64,000 bases of DNA from positions 13,585,653-13,649,652 of the forward strand of contig NC_134028.1 of assembly GCF_964204645.1 (NCBI RefSeq), in the 5' to 3' direction. The notes under the pieces were generated by a model. That model did no database searches and was not told where the DNA came from. It worked only from the letters and a program-made list of their open reading frames with translations. Position numbers and translations under genes: made by a program. This document shows positions 1 to 15,000 of the stretch, piece after piece. Position 1 is the stretch's first letter; every line of letters begins with the position of its first letter. The DNA comes from Tubulanus polymorphus. Taxonomy: Eukaryota > Animalia > Nemertea.

Positions 1-3000
1 TTTTCCGATAGGGGGAATATTCGATACGAAAACGACTTTTCTCGCGCTGAACGACGTTTTAGGGCCGAAAAGTGCTTTTCCTGACGATTTGAGCGCTTTT
101 ACGCATCGAAATTGTCGTTTTTCCGATAGGGGGAATATTCGATACGAAAACGTCTTTTCTCGCGCTGAACGACGTTTTCGGGCCGAAAAGTGCTTTTCCT
201 GACGATTTGAGCGCTTTTACGCATCGACATTGTCGTTTTTCCGATAGGGGGAATATTCGATACGAAAACGTCTTTTCTCGCGCTGAACGACGTTTTCGGG
301 CCGAAAAGTGCTTTTCCTGACGATTTGAGCGCTTTTACGCATCGACATTGTCGTTTTTCCGATAGGGGGAATATTCGATACGAAAACGTCTTTTCTCGCG
401 CTGAACGACGTTATCGGTCCGAAAAGTGCTTTTCCTGACGATTTGAGCGCTTTTACGCTTTTTCCGATAGGGGGAATATTTGATACGAAAACGTCTTTTC
501 TCGCGCTGTACGACGTTTTCGCGTCGAAAAGTGCTTTTCCTGACGATTTGAGCGCTTTTACGCATCGACATTGTCGTTTTTCCGATAGGGGGAATATTTG
601 ATACGAAAACGTCTTTTCTCGCGCTGAACGACGTTTTCGTGTCGAAAAGTGCTTTTCCTGACGATTTGAGCGCTTTTACGCGTCGACATTGTCGTTTTTC
701 CGATAGGGGGAATATTTGATACGAAAACGTCTTTTCTCGCGCTGAACGACGTTTTCGGGCCGAAAAGTGCTTTTCCTGACGATTTGAGCGTATTTACGCA
801 TCGACATTGTCGTTTTTCCGATAGGGGGAATATTCGATACGAAAACGTCTTTTCTCGCGCTGAACGACGTTTTCGGGCCGAAAAGTGCTTTTCCTGACGA
901 TTTGAGCGCTTTTACGCATCGAAATTGTCGTTTTTCCGATAGGGGGAATATTCGATACGAAAACGTCTTTTCTCGCGCTGAACGACGTTATCGGTCCGAA
1001 AAGTGCTTTTCCTGACGATTTGAGCGCTTTTACGCATCGACATTGTCGTTTTTCCGATAGGGGGAATATTCGATACGAAAACGTCTTTTCTCGCGCTGAA
1101 CGACGTTTTCGGGCCGAAAAGTGCTTTTCCTGACGATTTGAGCGCTTTTACGCATCGACATTGTCGTTTTTCCGATAGGGGGAATATTCGATACGAAAAC
1201 GTCTTTTCTCGCGCTGAACGACGTTATCGGTCTGAAAAGTGCTTTTCCTGACGATTTGAGCGCTTTTACGCATCGACATTGTCGTTTTTCCGATAGGGGG
1301 AATATTTGACACGAAAACGTCTTTTCTAGCGCTGAACGACGTTTTCGCGTCGAAAAGTGCTTTTCCTGACGATTAGAGCGCTTTTACGCATCGACATTGT
1401 CGTTTTTCCGATAGGGGGAATATTTGATACGAAAACGTCTTTTCTCGCGCTGAACGACGTTTTCGGTCCGAAAAGTGCTTTTCCTGACGATTTGAGCGCT
1501 TTTACGCATCGACATTGTCGTTTTTCCGATAGGGGGAATATTTGATACGAAAACGTCTTTTCTCGCGCTGAACGACGTTTTCGGTCCGAAAAGTGCTTTT
1601 CCTGACGATTTGAGAGCTTTTACGCATCGACATTGTCGTTTTTCCGATAGGGGGAATATTTGACACGAAAACGTCTTTTCTCGCGCTGAACGACGTTTTC
1701 GCGTCGAAAAGTGCTTTTCCTGACGATTTGAGCGCTTATACGCATCGACATTGTCGTTTTTCCGATAGGGGGAATATTTGATACGAAAACGTCTTTTCTC
1801 GCGCTGAACGACGTTTTCCGTCCGAAAAGTGCTTTTCCTGACGATTTGAGCGCTTTTACGCTTTTTCCGATAGGGGGAATATTCGATACGAAAACGTCTT
1901 TTCTCGCGCTGAACGACGTTTTCGGTCCGAAAAGTGCTTTTCCTGACGATTTGAGCGCTTTTACGCTTTTTCCGATAGGGGGAATATTTGATACGAAAAC
2001 GTCTTTTCTCGCGCTGATCGACGTTTTCGGGCCGAAAAGTGCTTTTCCTGACGATTTGAGCGCTTTTACGCATCGACATTGTCGTTTTTCCGATAGGGGG
2101 AATATTCGATACGAAAACGTCTTTTCTCGCGCTGATCGACGTTTTCGGGCCGAAAAGTGCTTTTCCTGACGATTTGAGCGCTTTTACGCATCGACATTGT
2201 CGTTTTTCCGATAGGGGGAATATTCGATACGAAAACGTCTTTTCTCGCGCTGAACGACGTTTTCGGGCCGAAAAGTGCTTTTCCTGACGATTTGAGCGCT
2301 TTTACGCATCGACATTGTCGTTTTTCCGATAGGGGGAATATTTGATACGAAAACGTCTTTTCTCGCGCTGAACGACGTTTTCCGTCCGAAAAGTGCTTTT
2401 CCTGACGATTTGAGCGCTTTTATGCTTTTTCCGATAGGGGGAATATTCGATACGAAAACGTCTTTTCTCGCGCTGAACGACGTTTTCGGTCCGAAAAGTG
2501 CTTTTCCTGACGATTTGAGCGCTTTTACGCTTTTTCCGATAGGGGGAATATTTGATACGAAAACGTCTTTTCTCGCGCTGAACGACGTTATCGGTCCGAA
2601 AAGTGCTTTTCCTGACGATTTGAGCGCTTTTACGCATCGACATTGTCGTTTTTCCGATAGGGGGAATATTTGATACGAAAACCTCTTTTCTCGCGCTGAT
2701 CGACGTTTTCGGGCCGAAAAGTGCTTTTCCTGACGATTTGAGCGTATTTACGCATCGACATTGTCGTTTTTCCGATAGGGGGAATATTCGATACGAAAAC
2801 GTCTTTTCTCGCGCTGAACGACGTTTTCGGGCCGAAAAGTGCTTTTCCTGACGATTTGAGCGCTTTTACGCATCGAAATTGTCGTTTTTCCGATAGGGGG
2901 AATATTCGATACGAAAACGTCTTTTCTCGCGCTGAACGACGTTATCGGTCCGAAAAGTGCTTTTCCTGACGATTTGAGCGCTTTTACGCATCGACATTGT

Positions 3001-6000
3001 CGTTTTTCCGATAGGGGGAATATTCGATACGAAAACGTCTTTTCTCGCGCTGAACGACGTTTTCGGGCCGAAAAGTGCTTTTCCTGACGATTTGAGCGCT
3101 TTTCCGCATCGACATTGTCGTTTTTCCGATAGGGGGAATATTCGATACGAAAACGTCTTTTCTCGCGCTGAACGACGTTATCGGTCTGAAAAGTGCTTTT
3201 CCTGACGATTTGAGCGCTTTTACGCATCGACATTGTCGTTTTTCCGATAGGGGGAATATTTGACACGAAAACGTCTTTTCTAGCGCTGAACGACGTTTTC
3301 GCGTCGAAAAGTGCTTTTCCTGACGATTAGAGCGCTTTTACGCATCGACATTGTCGTTTTTCCGATAGGGGGAATATTTGATACGAAAACGTCTTTTCTC
3401 GCGCTGAACGACGTTTTCCGTCCGAAAAGTGCTTTTCCTGACGATTTGAGCGCTTTTACGCTTTTTCCGATAGGGGGAATATTCGATACGAAAACGTCTT
3501 TTCTCGCGCTGAACGACGTTTTCGGTCCGGAAAGTGCTTTTCCTGACGATTTGAGCGCTTTTACGCTTTTTCCGATAGGGGGAATATTTGATACGAAAAC
3601 GTCTTTTCTCGCGCTGAACGACGTTTTCGGTCCGAAAAGTGCTTTTCCTGACGATTTGAGCGCTTTTACGCTTTTTCCGATAGGGGGAATATTTGATACG
3701 AAAACATCTTTTCTCGCGCTGAACGACGTTATCGGTCCGAAAAGTGCTTTTCCTGACGATTTGAGCGCTTTTACGCATCGAAATTGTCGTTTTTCCGATA
3801 GGGGGAATATTCGATACGAAAACGTCTTTTCTCGCGCTGAACGACGTTATCGGTCCGAAAAGTGCTTTTCCTGACGATTTGAGCGCTTTTACGCATCGAC
3901 ATTGTCGTTTTTCCGATAGGGGGAATATTCGATACGAAAACATCTTTTCTCGCGCTGAACGACGTTTTCGGGCCGAAAAGTGCTTTTCCTGACGATTTGA
4001 GCGCTTTTACGCATCGACATTGTCGTTTTTCCGATAGGGGGAATATTCGATACGAAAACGTCTTTTCTCGCGCTGAACGACGTTATCGGTCCGAAAAGTG
4101 CTTTTCCTGACGATTTGAGCGCTTTTACGCATCGACATTGTCGTTTTTCCGATAGGGGGAATATTTGACACGAAAACGTCTTTTCTAGCGCTGAACGACG
4201 TTTTCGCGTCGAAAAGTGCTTTTCCTGACGATTAGAGCGCTTTTACGCATCGACATTGTCGTTTTTCCGATAGGGGGAATATTTCATACGAAAACGTCTT
4301 TTCTCGCGCTGAACGACGTTTTCCGTCCGAAAAGTGCTTTTCCTGACGATTTGAGCGCTTTTACGCTTTTTCCGATAGGGGGAATATTCGATACGAAAAC
4401 GTCTTTTCTCGCGCTGAACGACGTTTTCGGTCCGGAAAGTGCTTTTCCTGACGATTTGAGCGCTTTTACGCTTTTTCCGATAGGGGGAATATTTGATACG
4501 AAAACGTCTTTTCTCGCGCTGAACGACGTTTTCGGTCCGAAAAGTGCTTTTCCTGACGATTTGAGCGCTTTTACGCATCGACATTGTCGTTTTTCCGATA
4601 GGGGGAATATTTGATACGAAAACGTCTTTTCTCGCGCTGATCGACGTTTTCGGGCCGAAAAGTGCTTTTCCTGACGATTTGAGCGTATTTACGCATCGAC
4701 ATTGTCGTTTTTCCGATAGGGGGAATATTCGATACGAAAACGTCTTTTCTCGCGCTGAACGACGTTTTAGGGCCGAAAAGTGCTTTTCCTGACGATTTGA
4801 GCGCTTTTACGCATCGAAATTGTCGTTTTTCCGATAGGGGGAATATTCGATACGAAAACGTCTTTTCTCGCGCTGAACGACGTTTTAGGGCCGAAAAGTG
4901 CTTTTCCTGACGATTTGAGCGCTTTTACGCATCGAAATTGTCGTTTTTCCGATAGGGGGAATATTCGATACGAAAACGTCTTTTCTCGCGCTGAACGACG
5001 TTTTCGGGCCGAAAAGTGCTTTTCCTGACGATTTGAGCGCTTTTACGCATCGACATTGTCGTTTTTCCGATAGGGGGAATATTTGATACGAAAAGGTCTT
5101 TTCTCGCGCTGAACGACGTTTTCGGGCCGAAAAGTGCTTTTCCTGACGATTTGAGCGCTTTTACGCATCGACATTGTCGTTTTTCCGATAGGGGGAATAT
5201 TCGATACGAAAACGTCTTTTCTCGCGCTGAACGACGTTTTCGGTCCGAAAAGTGCTTTTCCTGACGATTTGAGCGCTTTTACGCATCGACATTGTCGTTT
5301 TTCCGATAGGGGGAATATTCGATACGAAAACGTCTTTTCTCGCGCTGAACGACGTTTTCCGTCCGAAAAGTGCTTTTCCTGACGATTTGAGCGCTTTTAC
5401 GCTTTTTCCGATAGGGGGAATATTCGATACGAAAACGTCTTTTCTCGCGCTGAACGACGTTTTCGGTCCGGAAAGTGCTTTTCCTGACGATTTGAGCGCT
5501 TTTACGCTTTTTCCGATAGGGGGAATATTTGATACGAAAACGTCTTTTCTCGCGCTGAACGACGTTTTCGGTCCGAAAAGTGCTTTTCCTGACGATTTGA
5601 GCGCTTTTACGCATCGACATTGTCGTTTTTCCGATAGGGGGAATATTTGATACGAAAACGTCTTTTCTCGCGCTGATCGACGTTTTCGGGCCGAAAAGTG
5701 CTTTTCCTGACGATTTGAGCGTATTTACGCATCGACATTGTCGTTTTTCCGATAGGGGGAATATTCGATACGAAAACGTCTTTTCTCGCGCTGAACGACG
5801 TTTTAGGGCCGAAAAGTGCTTTTCCTGACGATTTGAGCGCTTTTACGCATCGAAATTGTCGTTTTTCCGATAGGGGGAATATTCGATACGAAAACGTCTT
5901 TTCTCGCGCTGAACGACGTTTTAGGGCCGAAAAGTGCTTTTCCTGACGATTTGAGCGCTTTTACGCATCGAAATTGTCGTTTTTTCCGATAGGGGGAATA

Positions 6001-9000
6001 TTCGATACGAAAACGTCTTTTCTCGCGCTGAACGACGTTTTCGGGCCGAAAAGTGCTTTTCCTGACGATTTGAGCGCTTTTACGCATCGACATTGTCGTT
6101 TTTCCGATAGGGGGAATATTTGATACGAAAAGGTCTTTTCTCGCGCTGAACGACGTTTTCGGGCCGAAAAGTGCTTTTCCTGACGATTTGAGCGCTTTTA
6201 CGCATCGACATTGTCGTTTTTCCGATAGGGGGAATATTCGATACGAAAACGTCTTTTCTCGCGCTGAACGACGTTTTCGGTCCGAAAAGTGCTTTTCCTG
6301 ACGATTTGAGCGCTTTTACGCATCGACATTGTCGTTTTTCCGATAGGGGGAATATTCGATACGAAAACGTCTTTTCTCGCGCTGAACGACGTTTTCGGTC
6401 CGAAAAGTGCTTTTCCTGACGATTTGAGCGCTTTTACGCATCGACATTGTCGTTTTTCCGATAGGGGGAATATTCGATACGAAAACGTCTTTTCTCGCGC
6501 TGAACGACGTTTTCGGTCCGAAAAGTGCTTTTCCTGACGATTTGAGCGCTTTTACGCATCGACATTGTCGTTTTTCCGATAGGGGGAATATTCGATACGA
6601 AAACGTCTTTTCTCGCGCTGAACGACGTTTTCGGGCCGAAAAGTGCTTTTCCTGACGATTTGAGCGCTTTTACGCATCGACATTGTCGTTTTTCCGATAG
6701 GGGGAATATTCGATACGAAAACGTCTTTTCTCGCGCTGAACGACGTTATCGGTCCGAAAAGTGCTTTTCCTGACGATTTGAGCGCTTTTACGCATCGACA
6801 TTGTCGTTTTTCCGATAGGGGGAATATTTGACACGAAAACGTCTTTTCTCGCGCTGAACGACGTTTTCGCGTCGAAAAGTGCTTTTCCTGACGATTTGAG
6901 CGCTTTTACGCATCGACATTGTCGTTTTTCCGATAGGGGGAATATTTGATACGAAAACGTCTTTTCTCGCGCTGAACGACGTTTTCCGTCCGAAAAGTGC
7001 TTTTCCTGACGATTTGAGCGCTTTTACGCTTTTTCCGATAGGGGGAATATTTGATACGAAAACGTCTTTTCTCGCGCTGAACGACGTTTTCGGTCCGAAA
7101 AATGCTTTTCCTGACGATTTGAGCGCTTTTACGCATCGACATTGTCGTTTTTCCGATAGGGGGAATATTTGATACGAAAACGTCTTTTCTCGCGCTGAAC
7201 GACGTTTTCGTTCCGAAAAGTGCTTTTCCTGACGATTTGACGCTTTTACGCATCGACATTGTCGTTTTTCCGATAGGGGGAATATTTGATACGAAAACCT
7301 CTTTTCTCGCGCTGATGGACGTTTTCGGGCCGAAAAGTGCTTTTCCTGACGATTTGAGCGCTTTTACGCATCGACATTGTCGTTTTTCCGATAGGGGGAA
7401 TATTTGACACGAAAACGTCTTTTCTCGCGCTGAACGACGTTTTCGCGTCGAAAAGTGCTTTTCCTGACGATTTGAGCGCTTTTACGCATCGACATTGTCG
7501 TTTTTCCGATAGGGGGAATATTTGATACGAAAACGTCTTTTCTCGCGCTGAACGACGTTTTCCGTCCGAAAAGTGCTTTTCCTGACGATTTGAGCGCTTT
7601 TACGCTTTTTCCGATAGGGGGAATATTCGATACGAAAACGTCTTTTCTCGCGCTGAACGACGTTTTCGGTCTGGAAAGTGCTTTTCCTGACGATTTGAGC
7701 GCTTTTACGCTTTTTCCGATAGGGGGAATATTTGATACGAAAACGTCTTTTCTCGCGCTGAACGACGTTTTCGGTCCGAAAAGTGCTTTTCCTGACGATT
7801 TGAGCGCTTTTACGCATCGACATTGTCGTTTTTCCGATAGGGGGAATATTTGATACGAAAACGTCTTTTCTCGCGCTGAACGACGTTTTCGGTCCGAAAA
7901 GTGCTTTTCCTGACGATTTGAGCGCTTTTACGCATCGACATTGTCGTTTTTCCGATAGGGGGAATATTCGATACGAAAACGTCTTTTCTCGCGCTGAACG
8001 ACGTTATCGGTCCGAAAAGTGCTTTTCCTGACGATTTGAGCGCTTTTACGCATCGACATTGTCGTTTTTCCGATAGGGGGAATATTTGACACGAAAACGT
8101 CTTTTCTCGCGCTGAACGACGTTTTCGCGTCGAAAAGTGCTTTTCCTGACGATTTGAGCGCTTTTACGCATCGACATTGTCGTTTTTCCGATAGGGGGAA
8201 TATTTGATACGAAAACGTCTTTTCTCGCGCTGAACGACGTTTTCCGTCCGAAAAGTGCTTTTCCTGACGATTTGAGCGCTTTTACGCTTTTTCCGATAGG
8301 GGGAATATTCGATACGAAAACGTCTTTTCTCGCGCTGAACGACGTTTTCGGTCTGGAAAGTGCTTTTCCTTACGATTTGAGCGCTTTTACGCTTTTTCCG
8401 ATAGGGGGAATATTTGATACGAAAACGTCTTTTCTCGCGCTGAACGACGTTTTCGGTCCGAAAAGTGCTTTTCCTGACGATTTGAGCGCTTTTACGCATC
8501 GACATTGTCGTTTTTCCGATAGGGGGAATATTTGATACGAAAACGTCTTTTCTCGCGCTGAACGACGTTTTCGGTCCGAAAAGTGCTTTTCCTGACGATT
8601 TGAGCGCTTTTACGCATCGACATTGTCGTTTTTCCGATAGGGGGAATATTCGATACGAAAACGCCTTTTCTCGCGCTGAACGACGTTTTCGGGCCGAAAA
8701 GTGCTTTTCCTGACGATTTGAGCGCTTTTACGCATCGAAATTGTCGTTTTTCCGATAGGGGGAATATTTGATACGAAAACGTCTTTTCTCGCGCTGAACG
8801 ACGTTTTCGGTCCGAAAAATGCTTTTCCTGACGATTTGAGCGCTTTTACGCATCGACATTGTCGTTTTTCCGATAGGGGGAATATTTGATACGAAAACGT
8901 CTTTTCTCGCGCTGAACGACGTTTTCGTTCCGAAAAGTGCTTTTCCTGACGATTTGACGCTTTTACGCATCGACATTGTCGTTTTTCCGATAGGGGGAAT

Positions 9001-12000
9001 ATTTGATACGAAAACCTCTTTTCTCGCGCTGATGGACGTTTTCGGGCCGAAAAGTGCTTTTCCTGACGATTTGAGCGCTTTTACGCATCGACATTGTCGT
9101 TTTTCCGATAGGGGGAATATTTGACACGAAAACGTCTTTTCTCGCGCTGAACGACGTTTTCGCGTCGAAAAGTGCTTTTCCTGACGATTTGAGCGCTTTT
9201 ACGCATCGACATTGTCGTTTTTCCGATAGGGGGAATATTTGATACGAAAACGTCTTTTCTCGCGCTGAACGACGTTTTCCGTCCGAAAAGTGCTTTTCCT
9301 GACGATTTGAGCGCTTTTACGCTTTTTCCGATAGGGGGAATATTCGATACGAAAACGTCTTTTCTCGCGCTGAACGACGTTTTCGGTCTGGAAAGTGCTT
9401 TTCCTGACGATTTGAGCGCTTTTACGCTTTTTCCGATAGGGGGAATATTTGATACGAAAACGTCTTTTCTCGCGCTGAACGACGTTTTCGGTCCGAAAAG
9501 TGCTTTTCCTGACGATTTGAGCGCTTTTACGCATCGACATTGTCGTTTTTCCGATAGGGGGAATATTCGATACGAAAACGTCTTTTCTCGCGCTGAACGA
9601 CGTTTTCGGTCCGAAAAGTGCTTTTCCTGACGATTTGAGCGCTTTTACGCATCGACATTGTCGTTTTTCCGATAGGGGGAATATTCGATACGAAAACGTC
9701 TTTTCTCGCGCTGAACGACGTTTTCGGGCCGAAAAGTGCTTTTCCTGACGATTTGAGCGCTTTTACGCATCGAAATTGTCGTTTTTCCGAAAGGGGGAAT
9801 ATTCGATACGAAAACGTCTTTTCTCGCGCTGAACGACGTTATCGGTCCGAAAAGTGCTTTTCCTGACGATTTGAGCGCTTTTACGCATCGACATTGTCGT
9901 TTTTTCCGATAGGGGGAATATTTGATACGAAAACGTCTTTTCTCGCGCTGAACGACGTTTTCGGTCCGAAAAATGCTTTTCCTGACGATTTGAGCGCTTT
10001 TACGCATCGACATTGTCGTTTTTCCGATAGGGGGAATATTTGATACGAAAACGTCTTTTCTCGCGCTGAACGACGTTTTCGTTCCGAAAAGTGCTTTTCC
10101 TGACGATTTGACGCTTTTACGCATCGACATTGTCGTTTTTCCGATAGGGGGAATATTTGATACGAAAACGTCTTTTCTCGCGCTGAACGACGTTTTCGGT
10201 CCGAAAAATGCTTTTCCTGACGATTTGAGCGCTTTTACGCATCGACATTGTCGTTTTTCCGATAGGGGGAATATTTGATACGAAAACCTCTTTTCTCGCG
10301 CTGATAGACGTTTTCGGGCCGAAAAGTGCTTTTCCTGACGATTTGAGCGTATTTACGCATCGACATTGTCGTTTTTCCGATAGGGGGAATATTTGATACG
10401 AAAACGTCTTTTCTCGCGCTGAACGACGTTTTCGGGCCGAAAAGTGCTTTTCCTGACGATTTGAGCGCTTTTACGCATCGACATTGTCGTTTTTCCGATA
10501 GGGGGAATATTTGATACGAAAACGTCTTTTCTCGCGCTGAACGACGTTTTCGGGCCGAAAAGTGCTTTTCCTGACGATTTGAGCGCTTTTACGCATCGAC
10601 ATTGTCGTTTTTCCGATAGGGGGAATATTCGATACGAAAACGTCTTTTCTCGCGCTGAACGACGTTTTCGGGCCGAAAAGTGCTTTTCCTGACGATTTGA
10701 GCGCTTTTACGCATCGACATTGTCGTTTTTCCGATAGGGGAATATTCGATACGAAAACGTCTTTTCTCGCGCTGAACGACGTTATCGGTCCGAAAAGTGC
10801 TTTTCCTGACGATTTGAGCGCTTTTACGCATCGACATTGTCGTTTTTCCGATAGGGGGAATATTCGATACGAAAACGTCTTTTCTCGCGCTGAACGACGT
10901 TTTCGGTCCGAAAAGTGCTTTTCCTGACGATTTGAGCGCTTTTACGCATCGACATTGTCGTTTTTCCGATAGGGGGAATATTCGATACGAAAACGTCTTT
11001 TCTCGCGCTGAACGACGTTTTCGGTCCGAAAAGTGCTTTTCCTGACGATTTGAGCGCTTTTACGCATCGACATTGTCGTTTTTCCGATAGGGGGAATATT
11101 CGATACGAAAACGTCTTTTCTCGCGCTGAACGACGTTTTCGGGCCGAAAAGTGCTTTTCCTGACGATTTGAGCGCTTTTACGCATCGACATTGTCGTTTT
11201 TCCGATAGGGGGAATATTCGATACGAAAACGTCTTTTCTCGATTTGAGCGCTTTTACGCATCGACATTGTCGTTTTTCCGATAGGGGGAATATTCGATAC
11301 GAAAACGTCTTTTCTCGCGCTGACGACGTTTTCGGTCCGAAAAGTGCTTTTCCTGACGATTTGAGCGCTTTTACGCATCGACATTGTCGTTTTTCCGATA
11401 GGGGGAATATTCGATACGAAAACGTCTTTTCTCGCGCTGAACGACGTTTTCGGTCCGAAAAGTGCTTTTCCTGACGATTTGAGCGCTTTTACGCATCGAC
11501 ATTGTCGTTTTTCCGATAGGGGGAATATTCGATACGAAAACGTCTTTTCTCGCGCTGAACGACGTTTTCGGGCCGAAAAGTGCTTTTCCTGACGATTTGA
11601 GCGCTTTTACGCATCGACATTGTCGTTTTTCCGATAGGGGGAATATTCGATACGAAAACGTCTTTTCTCGCGCTGAACGACGTTATCGGTCCGAAAAGTG
11701 CTTTTCCTGACGATTTGAGCGCTTTTACGCATCGACATTGTCGTTTTTCCGATAGGGGGAATATTTGACACGAAAACGTCTTTTCTCGCGCTGAACGACG
11801 TTTTCGCGTCGAAAAGTGCTTTTCCTGACGATTTGAGCGCTTTTACGCATCGACATTGTCGTTTTTCCGATAGGGGGAATATTTGATACGAAAACGTCTT
11901 TTCTCGCGCTGAACGACGTTTTCCGTCCGAAAAGTGCTTTTCCTGACGATTTGAGCGCTTTTACGCTTTTTCCGATAGGGGGAATATTCGATACGAAAAC

Positions 12001-15000
12001 GTCTTTTCTCGCGCTGAACGACGTTTTCGGTCTGGAAAGTGCTTTTCCTTACGATTTGAGCGCTTTTACGCTTTTTCCGATAGGGGGAATATTTGATACG
12101 AAAACGTCTTTTCTCGCGCTGAACGACGTTTTCGGTCCGAAAAGTGCTTTTCCTGACGATTTGAGCGCTTTTACGCATCGACATTGTCGTTTTTCCGATA
12201 GGGGGAATATTTGATACGAAAACGTCTTTTCTCGCGCTGAACGACGTTTTCGGTCCGAAAAGTGCTTTTCCTGACGATTTGAGCGCTTTTACGCATCGAC
12301 ATTGTCGTTTTTCCGATAGGGGGAATATTCGATACGAAAACGCCTTTTCTCGCGCTGAACGACGTTTTCGGGCCGAAAAGTGCTTTTCCTGACGATTTGA
12401 GCGCTTTTACGCATCGAAATTGTCGTTTTTCCGATAGGGGGAATATTTGATACGAAAACGTCTTTTCTCGCGCTGAACGACGTTTTCGGTCCGAAAAATG
12501 CTTTTCCTGACGATTTGAGCGCTTTTACGCATCGACATTGTCGTTTTTCCGATAGGGGGAATATTTGATACGAAAACGTCTTTTCTCGCGCTGAACGACG
12601 TTTTCGTTCCGAAAAGTGCTTTTCCTGACGATTTGACGCTTTTACGCATCGACATTGTCGTTTTTCCGATAGGGGGAATATTTGATACGAAAACCTCTTT
12701 TCTCGCGCTGATGGACGTTTTCGGGCCGAAAAGTGCTTTTCCTGACGATTTGAGCGCTTTTACGCATCGACATTGTCGTTTTTCCGATAGGGGGAATATT
12801 TGACACGAAAACGTCTTTTCTCGCGCTGAACGACGTTTTCGCGTCGAAAAGTGCTTTTCCTGACGATTTGAGCGCTTTTACGCATCGACATTGTCGTTTT
12901 TCCGATAGGGGGAATATTTGATACGAAAACGTCTTTTCTCGCGCTGAACGACGTTTTCCGTCCGAAAAGTGCTTTTCCTGACGATTTGAGCGCTTTTACG
13001 CTTTTTCCGATAGGGGGAATATTCGATACGAAAACGTCTTTTCTCGCGCTGAACGACGTTTTCGGTCTGGAAAGTGCTTTTCCTGACGATTTGAGCGCTT
13101 TTACGCTTTTTCCGATAGGGGGAATATTTGATACGAAAACGTCTTTTCTCGCGCTGAACGACGTTTTCGGTCCGAAAAGTGCTTTTCCTGACGATTTGAG
13201 CGCTTTTACGCATCGACATTGTCGTTTTTCCGATAGGGGGAATATTCGATACGAAAACGTCTTTTCTCGCGCTGAACGACGTTTTCGGTCCGAAAAGTGC
13301 TTTTCCTGACGATTTGAGCGCTTTTACGCATCGACATTGTCGTTTTTCCGATAGGGGGAATATTCGATACGAAAACGTCTTTTCTCGCGCTGAACGACGT
13401 TTTCGGGCCGAAAAGTGCTTTTCCTGACGATTTGAGCGCTTTTACGCATCGAAATTGTCGTTTTTCCGAAAGGGGGAATATTCGATACGAAAACGTCTTT
13501 TCTCGCGCTGAACGACGTTATCGGTCCGAAAAGTGCTTTTCCTGACGATTTGAGCGCTTTTACGCATCGACATTGTCGTTTTTCCGATAGGGGGAATATT
13601 TGATACGAAAACGTCTTTTCTCGCGCTGAACGACGTTTTCGGTCCGAAAAATGCTTTTCCTGACGATTTGAGCGCTTTTACGCATCGACATTGTCGTTTT
13701 TCCGATAGGGGGAATATTTGATACGAAAACGTCTTTTCTCGCGCTGAACGACGTTTTCGTTCCGAAAAGTGCTTTTCCTGACGATTTGACGCTTTTACGC
13801 ATCGACATTGTCGTTTTTCCGATAGGGGGAATATTTGATACGAAAACGTCTTTTCTCGCGCTGAACGACGTTTTCGGTCCGAAAAATGCTTTTCCTGACG
13901 ATTTGAGCGCTTTTACGCATCGACATTGTCGTTTTTCCGATAGGGGGAATATTTGATACGAAAACCTCTTTTCTCGCGCTGATAGACGTTTTCGGGCCGA
14001 AAAGTGCTTTTCCTGACGATTTGAGCGTATTTACGCATCGACATTGTCGTTTTTCCGATAGGGGGAATATTTGATACGAAAACGTCTTTTCTCGCGCTGA
14101 ACGACGTTTTCGGGCCGAAAAGTGCTTTTCCTGACGATTTGAGCGCTTTTACGCATCGACATTGTCGTTTTTCCGATAGGGGGAATATTTGATACGAAAA
14201 CGTCTTTTCTCGCGCTGAACGACGTTTTCGGGCCGAAAAGTGCTTTTCCTGACGATTTGAGCGCTTTTACGCATCGACATTGTCGTTTTTCCGATAGGGG
14301 GAATATTCGATACGAAAACGTCTTTTCTCGCGCTGAACGACGTTTTCGGGCCGAAAAGTGCTTTTCCTGACGATTTGAGCGCTTTTACGCATCGACATTG
14401 TCGTTTTTCCGATAGGGGAATATTCGATACGAAAACGTCTTTTCTCGCGCTGAACGACGTTATCGGTCCGAAAAGTGCTTTTCCTGACGATTTGAGCGCT
14501 TTTACGCATCGACATTGTCGTTTTTCCGATAGGGGGAATATTCGATACGAAAACGTCTTTTCTCGCGCTGAACGACGTTTTCGGTCCGAAAAGTGCTTTT
14601 CCTGACGATTTGAGCGCTTTTACGCATCGACATTGTCGTTTTTCCGATAGGGGGAATATTCGATACGAAAACGTCTTTTCTCGCGCTGAACGACGTTTTC
14701 GGTCCGAAAAGTGCTTTTCCTGACGATTTGAGCGCTTTTACGCATCGACATTGTCGTTTTTCCGATAGGGGGAATATTCGATACGAAAACGTCTTTTCTC
14801 GCGCTGAACGACGTTTTCGGGCCGAAAAGTGCTTTTCCTGACGATTTGAGCGCTTTTACGCATCGACATTGTCGTTTTTCCGATAGGGGGAATATTCGAT
14901 ACGAAAACGTCTTTTCTCGATTTGAGCGCTTTTACGCATCGACATTGTCGTTTTTCCGATAGGGGGAATATTCGATACGAAAACGTCTTTTCTCGCGCTG

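Noticed and set aside
335-14605. Dozens of Arg/Lys-rich and TLFPIGGIF ORFs
   Set aside because: They are translations of the satellite; 105-bp monomers (35 codons) simply keep frames open.
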